Below are positions 10,156 through 19,743 of a stretch of DNA of 64,000 bases, piece by piece (positions within the stretch are counted from its first letter, which is position 1; each line of letters begins with the position of its first letter). The notes beneath the pieces are model-generated. The model saw only the letters and a list, made by a program, of their open reading frames with translations, searched no databases and was not told where the DNA came from. This DNA comes from Candidatus Bathyarchaeia archaeon. GTDB taxonomy: Archaea; Thermoproteota; Bathyarchaeia; Bathyarchaeales; Bathycorpusculaceae. Location of the stretch: contig JAVYWL010000004.1 of the NCBI GenBank assembly GCA_038727135.1, positions 64,001 to 128,000 of the forward strand. Direction: 5' to 3'. The translations under genes and the position numbers were made by a program.

Positions 10156-11412
10156 ATGCTTATGGAAAAGAGCTACTCCGCCCTAGATACCGCGCTGGAA
10201 CAGTTGAGAATAGCCGCAGAAAAACTTGAACTTGACCCTGGGCTGCATGAGATGCTTAAATATCCAAAAAGGACGCTTACGGTTTCTGTAAACATTAAAA
10301 TGGACGATGGCACAATCAAAACGTTCCTAGGCTGCCGTGTTCAACACAACGATGCGAGGGGACCCTTTAAAGGTGGCATAAGATACCACCCAAACGTAAC
10401 CTTGGACGAGGTTACGGCGTTAGCCATGTGGATGACTTGGAAATGCGCTGTCGTCGACATCCCATATGGAGGAGCTAAAGGAGGAGTTTGCTGTAACCCA
10501 AAGGAAATGTCCAAAGGCGAACTTGAAAGGCTAACAAGGCGATACGTAAGCCTAATTTTAGACCTAATTGGACCATATCGTGATGTGCCGGCGCCGGATG
10601 TTTACACAGACGCCCAAACAATGGCCTGGATAATGGACACCTATAGCCAGTTTAAGGGTTACAGCGTCCCTGAATGTGTTACCGGGAAGCCTTTAAGTGT
10701 TGGAGGTTCTGAAGGAAGGGTCGAAGCCACATCCCTTGGTGTTATGTTCTGCGCGAGGGAAGCTGCAAAAATCCTCGGTTTAAAAATGAAAGATGCAAGA
10801 TTTGTGGTTCAAGGGTTTGGCAACGTAGGATGGAACGCCGCAAAAATAGCCTACGATTGGGGATGTAAAATAATAGGTGTAAGCGACTCCAGCGGAGGAA
10901 TCTATTGCAAGGAAGGATTAAACCCCTACAAGGTTTATGAGCATAAGGCGAAAACAGGTTCCGTCCTAAACTTTGAAGGATGCAAAAACATCACTAACGA
11001 GGAGTTGTTGGAGTTAGAATGTGACATTCTTGTGCCGGCAGCCTTAGAGAATCAGATAACAAAGGCAAACGCAGACAAAATAAAAGCAAAAATAATAGCC
11101 GAAGGAGCCAACGGACCAACAACCCCAGAAGCCGACAAGGTGCTCAATGAAAAAGGTGTGTTCCTAATTCCAGACATTTTAGCAAACTCCGGCGGCGTCA
11201 CAGTAAGCTATTTTGAATGGGTTCAAAACTTAACAAGGGAGCACTGGACCTTAGAGGAAGTGAACCAGAAACTTGAAAGAAAAATGGTAAAGGCATTTAA
11301 CGACGTCTACAAAACCTCAAAGGACGAGGAAGAACCAATGCGAACAGCTGCCCTAATGCTTGGAGTGGGACGGGTGGCTGAAGCAATAAAGACTTTAGGC
11401 TTGTGGCCTTAA
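10156..11412 (+). CDS. gdhA: Glutamate dehydrogenase (canonical length)
   Basis: [38 protein letters not shown]. Confidence 0.95.
   Translation: MLMEKSYSALDTALEQLRIAAEKLELDPGLHEMLKYPKRTLTVSVNIKMDDGTIKTFLGCRVQHNDARGPFKGGIRYHPNVTLDEVTALAMWMTWKCAVVDIPYGGAKGGVCCNPKEMSKGELERLTRRYVSLILDLIGPYRDVPAPDVYTDAQTMAWIMDTYSQFKGYSVPECVTGKPLSVGGSEGRVEATSLGVMFCAREAAKILGLKMKDARFVVQGFGNVGWNAAKIAYDWGCKIIGVSDSSGGIYCKEGLNPYKVYEHKAKTGSVLNFEGCKNITNEELLELECDILVPAALENQITKANADKIKAKIIAEGANGPTTPEADKVLNEKGVFLIPDILANSGGVTVSYFEWVQNLTREHWTLEEVNQKLERKMVKAFNDVYKTSKDEEEPMRTAALMLGVGRVAEAIKTLGLWP
10582..10637. repeat. 56-bp inverted repeat, copy 2
   Basis: Identical to the reverse complement of 6478-6533. Confidence 0.92.
11032..11136. 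repeat. 105-bp inverted repeat, copy 2
   Basis: Identical to the reverse complement of 5979-6083. Confidence 0.92.
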
Positions 11413-11503
11413 CAGCGATTATGAACTTTGAAAATTCCAAACCCTTTTGTCACATTTTTTAGACTACGCTTTTTATATCTTCCAAAAAGAGTAGTAGAAT
11501 CGG

Positions 11504-12103
11504 TTGAAAGGAGAAAGTGCTGTGCAAGTGAATATTTCCGGAAAAATTAAAGCCTTAGATTTCGTGTTTGAGAACTCACCAGTTAAGGTTATTGCCAACC
11601 GCAACTGCCCAGAAATTAGGCTGGCAGGATTAACCGTCGGCCCATTTGAGGAAGGAAACGAGTACGAGGTTATGTATTGGGTTGCGAGGGAGCTTGAAAA
11701 GTTTGGCGTTGTACGATTCAGAACCGAGGAGTTGCTTGATTCGGCTAAGCTTTACAAGATTCACTGGAAAGAGCGGGTGCAGACGGCTGGACAAGTTTCA
11801 GAACTTCCAAAGGACTTTTATCCTAAATTACGCAGATACTTGAAGGAGCTGAAAGAAGAGGCGGGTAAGCATCCGGAGAAAATGCGGGAATATGAGAAGG
11901 TGAAACAGTTGGCACTTGACATTTTAAACTTGCGGTTAAAGAAAATTATCTCCTTGGCTTCTGCTCCAGCCCAAACAGAGCATGTTTTGAGGCCCCTCAC
12001 AGCAGAAGAAAGGCTCCTTTACGAGCAGATTTTTAGGCTGATCAATAAGTGGAGAGCCCAATTGCTTGAACAAGAAAGCGAGGGAGGCGAAAAGGAGAAA
12101 TGA
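11504..12103 (+). CDS. GINS subunit Gins23
   Basis: EVMYWVAREL, ELPKDFYPKLR, RLKKIISLA; overlaps mcm start. Confidence 0.85.
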   Translation: MKGESAVQVNISGKIKALDFVFENSPVKVIANRNCPEIRLAGLTVGPFEEGNEYEVMYWVARELEKFGVVRFRTEELLDSAKLYKIHWKERVQTAGQVSELPKDFYPKLRRYLKELKEEAGKHPEKMREYEKVKQLALDILNLRLKKIISLASAPAQTEHVLRPLTAEERLLYEQIFRLINKWRAQLLEQESEGGEKEK

Positions 12104-14133
12104 CCGAAGAGCTGGAAGTAATAGATCCGCAGGAGCGTTTTCTAGAGCTATTCAAGACGGAGAAATACCGCCAAAGAATCTCCCAGCTGGCGGTTTCTGG
12201 AAAAACATCGCTAATCGTCGAATTTGAAGACATCCTCACATTCGACCATAGGCTTGCAGACCAGCTTCTTGAAAAGCCAGATGAATATTTGAAACATGCA
12301 GACAATGCGGCCCAAAACCAGCTAGCCATAGAGGCCCCAGAATACGCAGAAAAACAAAAGGTAACTGTTCGGATTGTTAGGCTTTTGGAACCAACTCCTC
12401 TGCGGAAGCTCGGCGCAGCCCATATTGGAAAGCTGGTAATGATTGAAGGCATAGTTGTCCGTTCAACACCAGTCCGCCCGATGGTGATGCGGGCAGCCTT
12501 CAAATGTAGGGGATGCGGAAACATAACGTATGTGGACCAAACTGGTCCTTTTCTCAAGGCTCCATTTGCATGCGCCGATCCTTCATGTAGGCGAAAGGGA
12601 CCCTTCGACTTCGTGCAGGAAGAATCAACATTCATAGATTCGCAGGACCTTCGTGTGCAAGAGCGCCCAGAAGACCTCCCGCCGGGACAGCTTCCGCGCA
12701 CATTACATGTTAAGCTTGTTGGAAGCGAAATTGTTGACGTGGCTAGGCCGGGCGACCACGTTTCGATTGTGGGCATTGTTCGCGCCGCAGCCCCAACCAT
12801 GCCTAGAGTTGGAAAACTTCGCACATTCGTCTTACATTTAGATACAAATTCTATCGAAGTTTTAGGGAAAGAGCCCGAAGCAACGCTTCCCTCACCTGAA
12901 GAGGAGAAGAAAATCCTAGAACTCGCAAAGGACCCGTGGATACATAGGAAAATAATAAACTCTATTGCACCCTCAATTTACGGCTACGAACATGTAAAGG
13001 AGGCGATAATGTACCTTCTCTTTGGCGGCGTTCCAAAAACGCTCCCAGACATATCAATAAGGGGCGAACTAAACATTCTTTTGGTGGGCGACCCAGGAAC
13101 AGCCAAGTCCCAACTCCTGCAGTATGTGGCGCGAGTTGCTCCTAGAGGACTTTATACTTCCGGCAGGGGAACGACTGCGGCTGGTTTGACGGCGGCGGTT
13201 ATACGCGAAAAGGGCGGCGGAATGAGCCTTGAAGCCGGTGCCCTTGTGCTTGCGGATAAGGGAATAGCCTGTATAGACGAGATAGATAAAATGCGCCCAG
13301 AAGATCGTGTTGCAATCCATGAAGCCATGGAACAGCACACGGTTTCTGTAGCGAAAGGTGGCATAGTGGCAACCCTTAACGCTCGGACAGCTATACTTGC
13401 GGCTGCAAACCCCGCATTGGGCAGATATGAATCCCGTCGAACGATAGCTGAGAACATTTCGCTTCCTGTGACTATTCTCTCAAGGTTTGACCTAATCTTT
13501 GTGCTGAGAGACGTCCCAAACAAGGAAATTGATGGCAAAATGTCAGAGCACATTCTTGAAATTCACCGTAAAGGCTTAAGCCCTGTGGAGCCGCCCATAC
13601 CCCTAGAACTCTTGCGAAAATACATAAGCTATGCAAAGACGATAAAACCAGCCCTAACCAGTGAGGCACTACAACGCCTAAAAGACTTCTATTTGGCTAT
13701 GCGTTCAGCAAGCGAATCAGAAGGCTCTCCAATTGCGATAACTGCCCGACAACTGGAATCACTCATACGTTTAGCCGAAGCTAGAGCCAGAGCCGCCCTT
13801 AGAACAGAAGTTTTGGCAGAGGACGCTGAAGCAGCCATAAACATAATGAAGCGCTCATTAGAAGAGGTTGGAATAGACATGTCCTCATACAAATTTGACA
13901 TAGACCTCATAATGACTGGAAAGCCGAAAAGCCTAAGGGACAAGCTGCAAGTGCTGCTTTCGGTGCTGACGGAAATGGAGAAAGAAATAGGAATGGTTGA
14001 CAAGACAGCTTTAATCAACAGGCTTGAAACAGAATACAAAATTCCGAGAATCGAGGCTGAACGCCTAATCAACCAACTCTTACGTGAGGGAACAATTTAT
14101 GAGCCTAGGGAAGGCTACTTAAAAAAGACCTAA
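12100..14133 (+). CDS. mcm: MCM replicative helicase
   Basis: GDPGTAKSQ, IDEIDKM, HEAMEQ, SRFD; no intein seen. Confidence 0.98.
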   Translation: MTEELEVIDPQERFLELFKTEKYRQRISQLAVSGKTSLIVEFEDILTFDHRLADQLLEKPDEYLKHADNAAQNQLAIEAPEYAEKQKVTVRIVRLLEPTPLRKLGAAHIGKLVMIEGIVVRSTPVRPMVMRAAFKCRGCGNITYVDQTGPFLKAPFACADPSCRRKGPFDFVQEESTFIDSQDLRVQERPEDLPPGQLPRTLHVKLVGSEIVDVARPGDHVSIVGIVRAAAPTMPRVGKLRTFVLHLDTNSIEVLGKEPEATLPSPEEEKKILELAKDPWIHRKIINSIAPSIYGYEHVKEAIMYLLFGGVPKTLPDISIRGELNILLVGDPGTAKSQLLQYVARVAPRGLYTSGRGTTAAGLTAAVIREKGGGMSLEAGALVLADKGIACIDEIDKMRPEDRVAIHEAMEQHTVSVAKGGIVATLNARTAILAAANPALGRYESRRTIAENISLPVTILSRFDLIFVLRDVPNKEIDGKMSEHILEIHRKGLSPVEPPIPLELLRKYISYAKTIKPALTSEALQRLKDFYLAMRSASESEGSPIAITARQLESLIRLAEARARAALRTEVLAEDAEAAINIMKRSLEEVGIDMSSYKFDIDLIMTGKPKSLRDKLQVLLSVLTEMEKEIGMVDKTALINRLETEYKIPRIEAERLINQLLREGTIYEPREGYLKKT

Positions 14134-14176
14134 GCTAGTCCTTGATTTTTGTAAGGAAAAAGGGCGATTTGCAATG

Positions 14177-14755
14177 TTATTCTGCAGCTTCAACGTTGGC
14201 TTCAACGTAGTACTGTGCATTTGCCGTGAAAACTGTTATGCCCACTGTTTGGCCGACGTCTTTTGAGGATATGCTGTCAGGGTTCTCTATATATATGACT
14301 ATGGTCCATCCGGACCTCAACGTCAAGTCACTTGTAGCTTGCTGGAAAACCTCACCGTCGCCAAGATACCCAAATGCCTCCTTCCAAACAGCTGGGTCGG
14401 TTATTTCGCTCGGCTTAATTTTTGTCACATTTAAGTCTGCTGAAATTGTTTTGCTATCTGTTCTCCAATAATAAACCTTTGACCATTGACATTCCTGTCC
14501 TCTAACGGATATTTTGTCGATTACAACATCTCTTCCACCGGTGTTTATTATAACCAAGGCTGCCTCAGCCCAATCTCCAGTGGTGTTGTACCATACATGT
14601 TGCTTGCTTAAGTGAAGTGATTCCTCTTGAACACGGGTTGTCACAACGTTTATGGCGTAGAACGTTACAATGGTTGCGAGGAGCACCGAAACCACTAGGA
14701 TTATTAGGGTTGTTACTACAACGCTTAAACCTCTAACATTCCTTAACAGACGCAT
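14177..14755 (-). CDS. Archaeal type IV pilin/archaellin-like protein
   Basis: Class III signal RNVRG|LSVVVTTLIILVVSVLLA from ATG 14755. Confidence 0.8.
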   Translation of the reverse strand: MRLLRNVRGLSVVVTTLIILVVSVLLATIVTFYAINVVTTRVQEESLHLSKQHVWYNTTGDWAEAALVIINTGGRDVVIDKISVRGQECQWSKVYYWRTDSKTISADLNVTKIKPSEITDPAVWKEAFGYLGDGEVFQQATSDLTLRSGWTIVIYIENPDSISSKDVGQTVGITVFTANAQYYVEANVEAAE

Positions 14756-14956
14756 ACATTCATCTCCAAGACCTTTTTGTTGACATTTAAAATAGAAAAG
14801 GAAAGTAATACGATTTGTACGTAGCAGAAACCAACGCAAGTTAAGGATTCTAATCAAAATTTTTGACTTTGTGAACATATTAAGATTAAATTTTATTAGT
14901 GTACATTACCAATTAGAAGCGTTAAGAAATGCAAAGTTAAACCATGTGAAGCGCTG

Positions 14957-16042
14957 ATGAAAAACTTGATGGTTGTTGTTGGAACAAGACCGGAAATAAT
15001 CAAAATGGCACCCATTATTAAAATATTGCAAAAAAGCGAAATCCCATTCACCCTTGCTCATTGTGGACAACATTATGACAATAACATGTCACAACAGTTC
15101 ATCGAAGAACTTGGGCTTCCTATGCCAGATTATAACTGTAAAGTTAGAGCACGCTCACAAGGGGAGCAAACCGCCAGCATAATCAAACATATGGAACATC
15201 TTTTAAAGAAAGCAAAGCCAACCATGATCCTTGTTGAAGGAGACACAAATGGGGTTCTTGCAACAACGCTAGCCTCGGTTAAGCTTGGCATCCCCGTTGG
15301 TCATGTTGAAGCTGGGTTGAGAAGCTTTGATTTGCGCATGCCAGAAGAACACAACAGACGACTAACAGATCATGCATCTACGTACCTTTTTGCACCCACA
15401 GAAAACGCGGAGGCCAATCTTAAGAGGGAATCTGTTTGGGGGAAAATCTATGTGACTGGAAATACAGTCATAGACGTCGTGATGCGGTATGCGCCAGTAG
15501 CTGAAAAGAAATCAAAGATAATGGAGAAAATTCGCTTCGAAAGATTCGCCTTAGCAACAGCGCATAGAGCTGAAAATGTTGATGACCCGTTAGTTCTGAA
15601 AAATTTTATGGAAGCTTTCATGGAGGCGCCCATACCAATCGTCTATCCAGTTCATCCCCGCACACAAAAGAGATTAAAACAAAACAGAATTTACACCAAA
15701 ATTAAAAAGTCAAGGAACCTCCAACTTTTGCCACCTTTGGGCTATCTGGACTTTTTGATGCTAATGAAGAAATGCGAAATTATTCTCACAGATTCTGGTG
15801 GCATACAAGAAGAGGCAACCGCCCCACAAATAAGAAAACCAGTTTTAGTTTTACGCACATCAACTGAAAGACCAGAGGCTGTTGAAGCCGGATTCGCAAC
15901 GGTTGTAGGCACAGAAAAGCAAAACATACTAGAAGCCATAAAAGGAACCATAGATAACCAGAAGGAGTTGCCCACGGAATCACCTTTTGGAAGGGGCGAC
16001 GCCGCTGAACAAATTGTCAAAATAATTGAGGAAAATTTCTAA
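14957..16042 (+). CDS. wecB: UDP-N-acetylglucosamine 2-epimerase
   Basis: GTRPEIIK, HVEAGLRS, PEEHNR, TDSGGIQEEA. Confidence 0.96.
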   Translation: MKNLMVVVGTRPEIIKMAPIIKILQKSEIPFTLAHCGQHYDNNMSQQFIEELGLPMPDYNCKVRARSQGEQTASIIKHMEHLLKKAKPTMILVEGDTNGVLATTLASVKLGIPVGHVEAGLRSFDLRMPEEHNRRLTDHASTYLFAPTENAEANLKRESVWGKIYVTGNTVIDVVMRYAPVAEKKSKIMEKIRFERFALATAHRAENVDDPLVLKNFMEAFMEAPIPIVYPVHPRTQKRLKQNRIYTKIKKSRNLQLLPPLGYLDFLMLMKKCEIILTDSGGIQEEATAPQIRKPVLVLRTSTERPEAVEAGFATVVGTEKQNILEAIKGTIDNQKELPTESPFGRGDAAEQIVKIIEENF

Positions 16043-16046
16043 AAGG

Positions 16047-16817
16047 CTAGGAAATATAAGTAATCTTTTTGTCTTCTTCTCTACGCATTTCCTCAGCCTG
16101 CAACATCCTTTTCTCCTCAATCTTGCGCAGTCTCGCCACCATGCTCTCAGCTTTAGCTATTTCAGCATCTAAGCCAGTCAAGTCGACATTAATCCCCAAA
16201 ATTTTGAGCAAGACTTCCAGAACGCTTTTGGCTGCCTTTGGATCAGGTAAATACCCGCGCGTTTCGCCTAGAAGACATAAAGCCTCAATTTTCCTGAAAG
16301 GTGCTAAGCCTAGGATTAGCCCCGCAGTGCCAACTATCGGGCTTCCCATAGGGCTTATTACGGCATCGGCTTGCAAAGCCTTATTAAGAAGGCTTTGACT
16401 CGTGGCGGCTGCCACAACCTTTGGTTTTTCTGTCTCCACTCTGTAGCCGCCTATTGTTATAACAAGTTTTACGCCGTGTTTTTGGGCAAAGTCAAGTATA
16501 CTATTTGAAATTTCATATTGCCCCTCAATGGTTTGGGCTTGGCTGTCCCCTGTGAAAAGGATTAAGTCATTTTCTCCATTATCATTTTTCCAGAAGTAAA
16601 AAGTGCCCCGAAGAAGTCTGACACTTCCCTTTTTACTTACAAGCACAAAATATGGAAAATGCGGCGAATATAAATATGCAAGTTTCTGCGCCTTCAACTG
16701 TTTAATCAAGTAGCGGGTGGCAATTTTTCCAACAAGGCCTAGTCCCGGAAGCCCCTCAATTAATATCGGGTTTTTAAGTTCAACTTTTGTTAACTCCTTA
16801 ATTGTTGTTTCTTTCAT
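16047..16817 (-). CDS. PAC2-family proteasome assembly chaperone
   Basis: IEGLPGLGLVG, LLGETRGYLPDP; conserved position after nop10. Confidence 0.9.
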   Translation of the reverse strand: MKETTIKELTKVELKNPILIEGLPGLGLVGKIATRYLIKQLKAQKLAYLYSPHFPYFVLVSKKGSVRLLRGTFYFWKNDNGENDLILFTGDSQAQTIEGQYEISNSILDFAQKHGVKLVITIGGYRVETEKPKVVAAATSQSLLNKALQADAVISPMGSPIVGTAGLILGLAPFRKIEALCLLGETRGYLPDPKAAKSVLEVLLKILGINVDLTGLDAEIAKAESMVARLRKIEEKRMLQAEEMRREEDKKITYIS

Positions 16818-16984
16818 TTAGCATCAGCCTCCCTCTTCAACGCCATCCTATATTTGAGGTATTTATCATCTGGCGAAAATTTTGGTGGATGCGGCACCCG
16901 CACTGGTCCACCACAGTATGGGCACTTCTCCCTCTTTAAAGTGTACCTTTTGCATTTTTCACATTTCCTCAGCAGCCAAGCCAC
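16814..16984 (-). CDS. nop10: H/ACA RNP protein Nop10 (not in ORF track)
   Basis: Manual translation MAWLLRKCEKCKRYTLKREKCPYCGG...HPPKFSPDDKY. Confidence 0.95.
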   Translation of the reverse strand: MAWLLRKCEKCKRYTLKREKCPYCGGPVRVPHPPKFSPDDKYLKYRMALKREADAK

Positions 16985-17773
16985 TTACTTCTCCCTTCTG
17001 AAAACCCCCTGTCCTCCAGCCTTAACAACATTTGAGATGATATTTTCGGCAACTCTTTGCAGAACTGCCTCCGCATGCTTATAATTGTCGGCTAAAACCT
17101 CAATGCAGTACTTTGGCGCCGCCATAACATAAAACCGAATGTTCGCCCCCTTTGTTTTCTCGATTTTCTTAGCGTTCATAAAAGCCTCTTTAATGATTTC
17201 CACCCCGTTAGGCTTCAAGCAGCGGAGCTCAACAATCCCCTTAATCTTAACCGTTGGCAGGCGAATTCTCTCCCTTGCAACCTCAACAAAAACCTCAGCC
17301 AATCCCTTTGGGACACCTATCTTTGTTAGGGCTTCCACCCCTTCTTTTGCAGCTTTCTCAAACCCCTCGTAAAGGCCATATTCCTTTTCAAGGAGTGCTC
17401 CAGCCTTCTCATACACTTCCTCCACAGATAAACCGGCTTTCTCGGCAACACTTCTGAGGAGCGCTTCAGCCTTTCGCTCCTTTTTCCATGAAAGCATCTT
17501 CTCAATTTTCTCTCTTTTCGTAACTCTTCTAAGGGATAAGTCTATGTGCCCCTTTTCCACGTCAACTCGTAAAACCTTTAAAACAACTTTCTGTCCTTCC
17601 CGAACAAAATCCCTTATATTCCTAATCCATGAAGAGGCAACCTCGGAAATGTGTAGGAGACCCCTCTTATCAAACTCGTCAAGCCTCACATAAGCCCCAT
17701 AATCAGTAACAGTCTCCACAGTAGCTATGACTAGGTCGCCGACTTCAGGCCACTCTTGCCTCCTCAAAACCAT
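16985..17773 (-). CDS. eif2a: Translation initiation factor 2 alpha
   Basis: WPEVGDLV S1 domain, KGHIDLSLRRV. Confidence 0.96.
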   Translation of the reverse strand: MVLRRQEWPEVGDLVIATVETVTDYGAYVRLDEFDKRGLLHISEVASSWIRNIRDFVREGQKVVLKVLRVDVEKGHIDLSLRRVTKREKIEKMLSWKKERKAEALLRSVAEKAGLSVEEVYEKAGALLEKEYGLYEGFEKAAKEGVEALTKIGVPKGLAEVFVEVARERIRLPTVKIKGIVELRCLKPNGVEIIKEAFMNAKKIEKTKGANIRFYVMAAPKYCIEVLADNYKHAEAVLQRVAENIISNVVKAGGQGVFRREK

Positions 17774-17785
17774 CCAGACACCATC

Positions 17786-17992
17786 TCACTCAAAAACAGC
17801 CACTACCTCACCCTTAATAGTTGCTTTCCCACCAGAAGGTTCAGCCAGCTCAGAACCACAAACATTACAAGTAACCCTGTTCACAGCATGGCTGAAAATT
17901 ATCTGCTCATTGCCACACTTTAAACACTTAACCCTAACAAAAGTGCTTTTAGGTCTTGGAATAAGCTTCTCCCACTCAGCCATAACTTCCAC
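17786..17992 (-). CDS. rps27e: Ribosomal protein S27e
   Basis: VKCLKCGNEQIIFSHA...CNVCG...PSGGKA. Confidence 0.96.
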   Translation of the reverse strand: MEVMAEWEKLIPRPKSTFVRVKCLKCGNEQIIFSHAVNRVTCNVCGSELAEPSGGKATIKGEVVAVFE

Positions 17993-18000
17993 TCACCATT

Positions 18001-18276
18001 CTAGACTATAACAAGCTTCCTTAACCTTATCCCCTCTTTATGCCTCGTGTAACCACAAACCTTACACTTCAACTTCAAAGTCTGCTTCTTAGTAGTTTTA
18101 GCAAACTTCCTCTGCAAAGGATACTTCTGCCCACCATAACCCTTCTTCTCCCGCTCGTGGTGCCGCTCACCCCTAGCCAAGGCCCTACGCTTACCAGCCT
18201 TATAAAGCGAAACCGTATGAACCTGATGCACCTTACACCTAGGACAGTAGGTCCTAATCTCCTTAGGCACATTCAT
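18001..18276 (-). CDS. rpl44e: Ribosomal protein L44e
   Basis: TYCPRC...GYGGQKYP...AKTTKK. Confidence 0.97.
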   Translation of the reverse strand: MNVPKEIRTYCPRCKVHQVHTVSLYKAGKRRALARGERHHEREKKGYGGQKYPLQRKFAKTTKKQTLKLKCKVCGYTRHKEGIRLRKLVIV

Positions 18277-18348
18277 CTAAACGCAGCCAACCTTTGCATT
18301 AAAGGGGAAATGCCTACTCATATACTTTTTCTAATCTGCTGTATAGTT

Positions 18349-18594
18349 TCACGATGTTGGTTCTTCTAAACTTTTAGCCTTAACGCTAACGAGAGCTAGT
18401 GCCATCATTAATATGCCCGTTACCAGTCCGGCAGAAAAAACAATAAACAACGCCGACAAATCCAGTTTCAAATTGGTTAAAGCAATAGCCAGCATCCCTA
18501 TCAAAAAACCTAAAATGAATATTGCGAAGCCTAACACTAAAAAGCCTTCAACGAAGCCCTTTTTAAATTTCACTACAGACGCCAAATCAGACAT
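18349..18594 (-). CDS. Small two-TM membrane protein
   Basis: Two long hydrophobic segments. Confidence 0.55.
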   Translation of the reverse strand: MSDLASVVKFKKGFVEGFLVLGFAIFILGFLIGMLAIALTNLKLDLSALFIVFSAGLVTGILMMALALVSVKAKSLEEPTS

Positions 18595-18678
18595 TGAAAT
18601 ATTTACTCCGCATTTAAAGTTAAAAAGGCATTGGTGTTATTTCCTATATAATATTTATGCGAGGTCATAACAATACAA

Positions 18679-19743
18679 TTGTTAAGCGTGTTAAAAATGA
18701 CATTAATGTCCAATCAAAAGCTTAAAAGAGTATTCTCAGCTTTTCTGAAACTTTTACCTGCATTAAGCTTTGTCGCAGCATTCTCCATATTATATCATCT
18801 TGATCCAACTTCTTTCGATTACACTTGGAAAGGACGGACCTATTACCTATTTTTCATATGGGCTCTTTTCCTTGAAACATTACTAAACTGGGATGACCTC
18901 AAGATGCGCGAGTGGAAACTAAAGTCCATAAAATCCATTATTTTTCCAATAACTTTGCTTCTCCCAACGATCTACGTTATAGCCGCTAACTATGTCAGTT
19001 TTAATGGATATACAAACTTCAATGAACTTGTCGTAAAATGGGCTATTAACTATAAAATTGGCGGATCGGATCCTTATTTTTCTGGGAAAATGCCGCTTGC
19101 AATGGAATATTTAGTTTTCACGGTAATCTTTGAATTCATAATTATAACAGAGTACGGCATAAGCAAATTGGGAAAATATTCACTTTCAATATTCTTTTTA
19201 GGACTCATTGGCTTCATATATCTTATAGACAATTTATATCCATATGGGGCATTCACCCCATTTCAAATTATTGTTCCAACTACCGCTTCTCTTGCGGCAT
19301 TTTTCTTGAACCTTATGGGATACCAAGCGACTCTAGAAGTTTCCAATGACGCTCTTCCTAAGATACGGATGGAGGAATTGAAAAATCCTGATGGTCGAAA
19401 ATTTTCAGGTTCGATTGGCATAGGTTGGCAATGCTCAGGCATTGATAGCCTACTAATATATTCAGTTATTACTTTAATATTTTTGAAAAGAAGCGACCTT
19501 TCGCGTAGGGAAAAAATTGGGTACTTTATCATGGGTGCCATAGTGACATATCTTGTCAATATTTTAAGGATCATTTCAATCTTTGTAATTGGAACAATTT
19601 ATGGTGTTGGTTCAGAGGAATGGTGGCGTTTCCATGATTACTATGGTCCATTATACTCTATTATATGGATTACTGCTTATCCATTAATTATAATTACGGT
19701 TAGCTCTTTATGGAAAAAGTTAAAGAAGAATTCTTTGAGCTAA
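18679..19743 (+). CDS. Exosortase/archaeosortase family protein
   Basis: Multi-TM with catalytic triad WQCSG (Cys), NILRI (Arg), FHDY (His). Confidence 0.88.
   Translation: MLSVLKMTLMSNQKLKRVFSAFLKLLPALSFVAAFSILYHLDPTSFDYTWKGRTYYLFFIWALFLETLLNWDDLKMREWKLKSIKSIIFPITLLLPTIYVIAANYVSFNGYTNFNELVVKWAINYKIGGSDPYFSGKMPLAMEYLVFTVIFEFIIITEYGISKLGKYSLSIFFLGLIGFIYLIDNLYPYGAFTPFQIIVPTTASLAAFFLNLMGYQATLEVSNDALPKIRMEELKNPDGRKFSGSIGIGWQCSGIDSLLIYSVITLIFLKRSDLSRREKIGYFIMGAIVTYLVNILRIISIFVIGTIYGVGSEEWWRFHDYYGPLYSIIWITAYPLIIITVSSLWKKLKKNSLS

Noticed and set aside
11413-11503. Possible replication origin near gins-mcm
   Set aside because: No ORB-like repeats or cdc6 gene seen; it looks like an ordinary promoter
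12100-14133. Intein in MCM (or RFC)
   Set aside because: Protein lengths are normal and motifs are contiguous
17760-18280. Strong local C/A versus G/T strand skew (also near 39000-39480)
   Set aside because: It lies within ordinary genes as wobble bias and I cannot tie it to any function without computation
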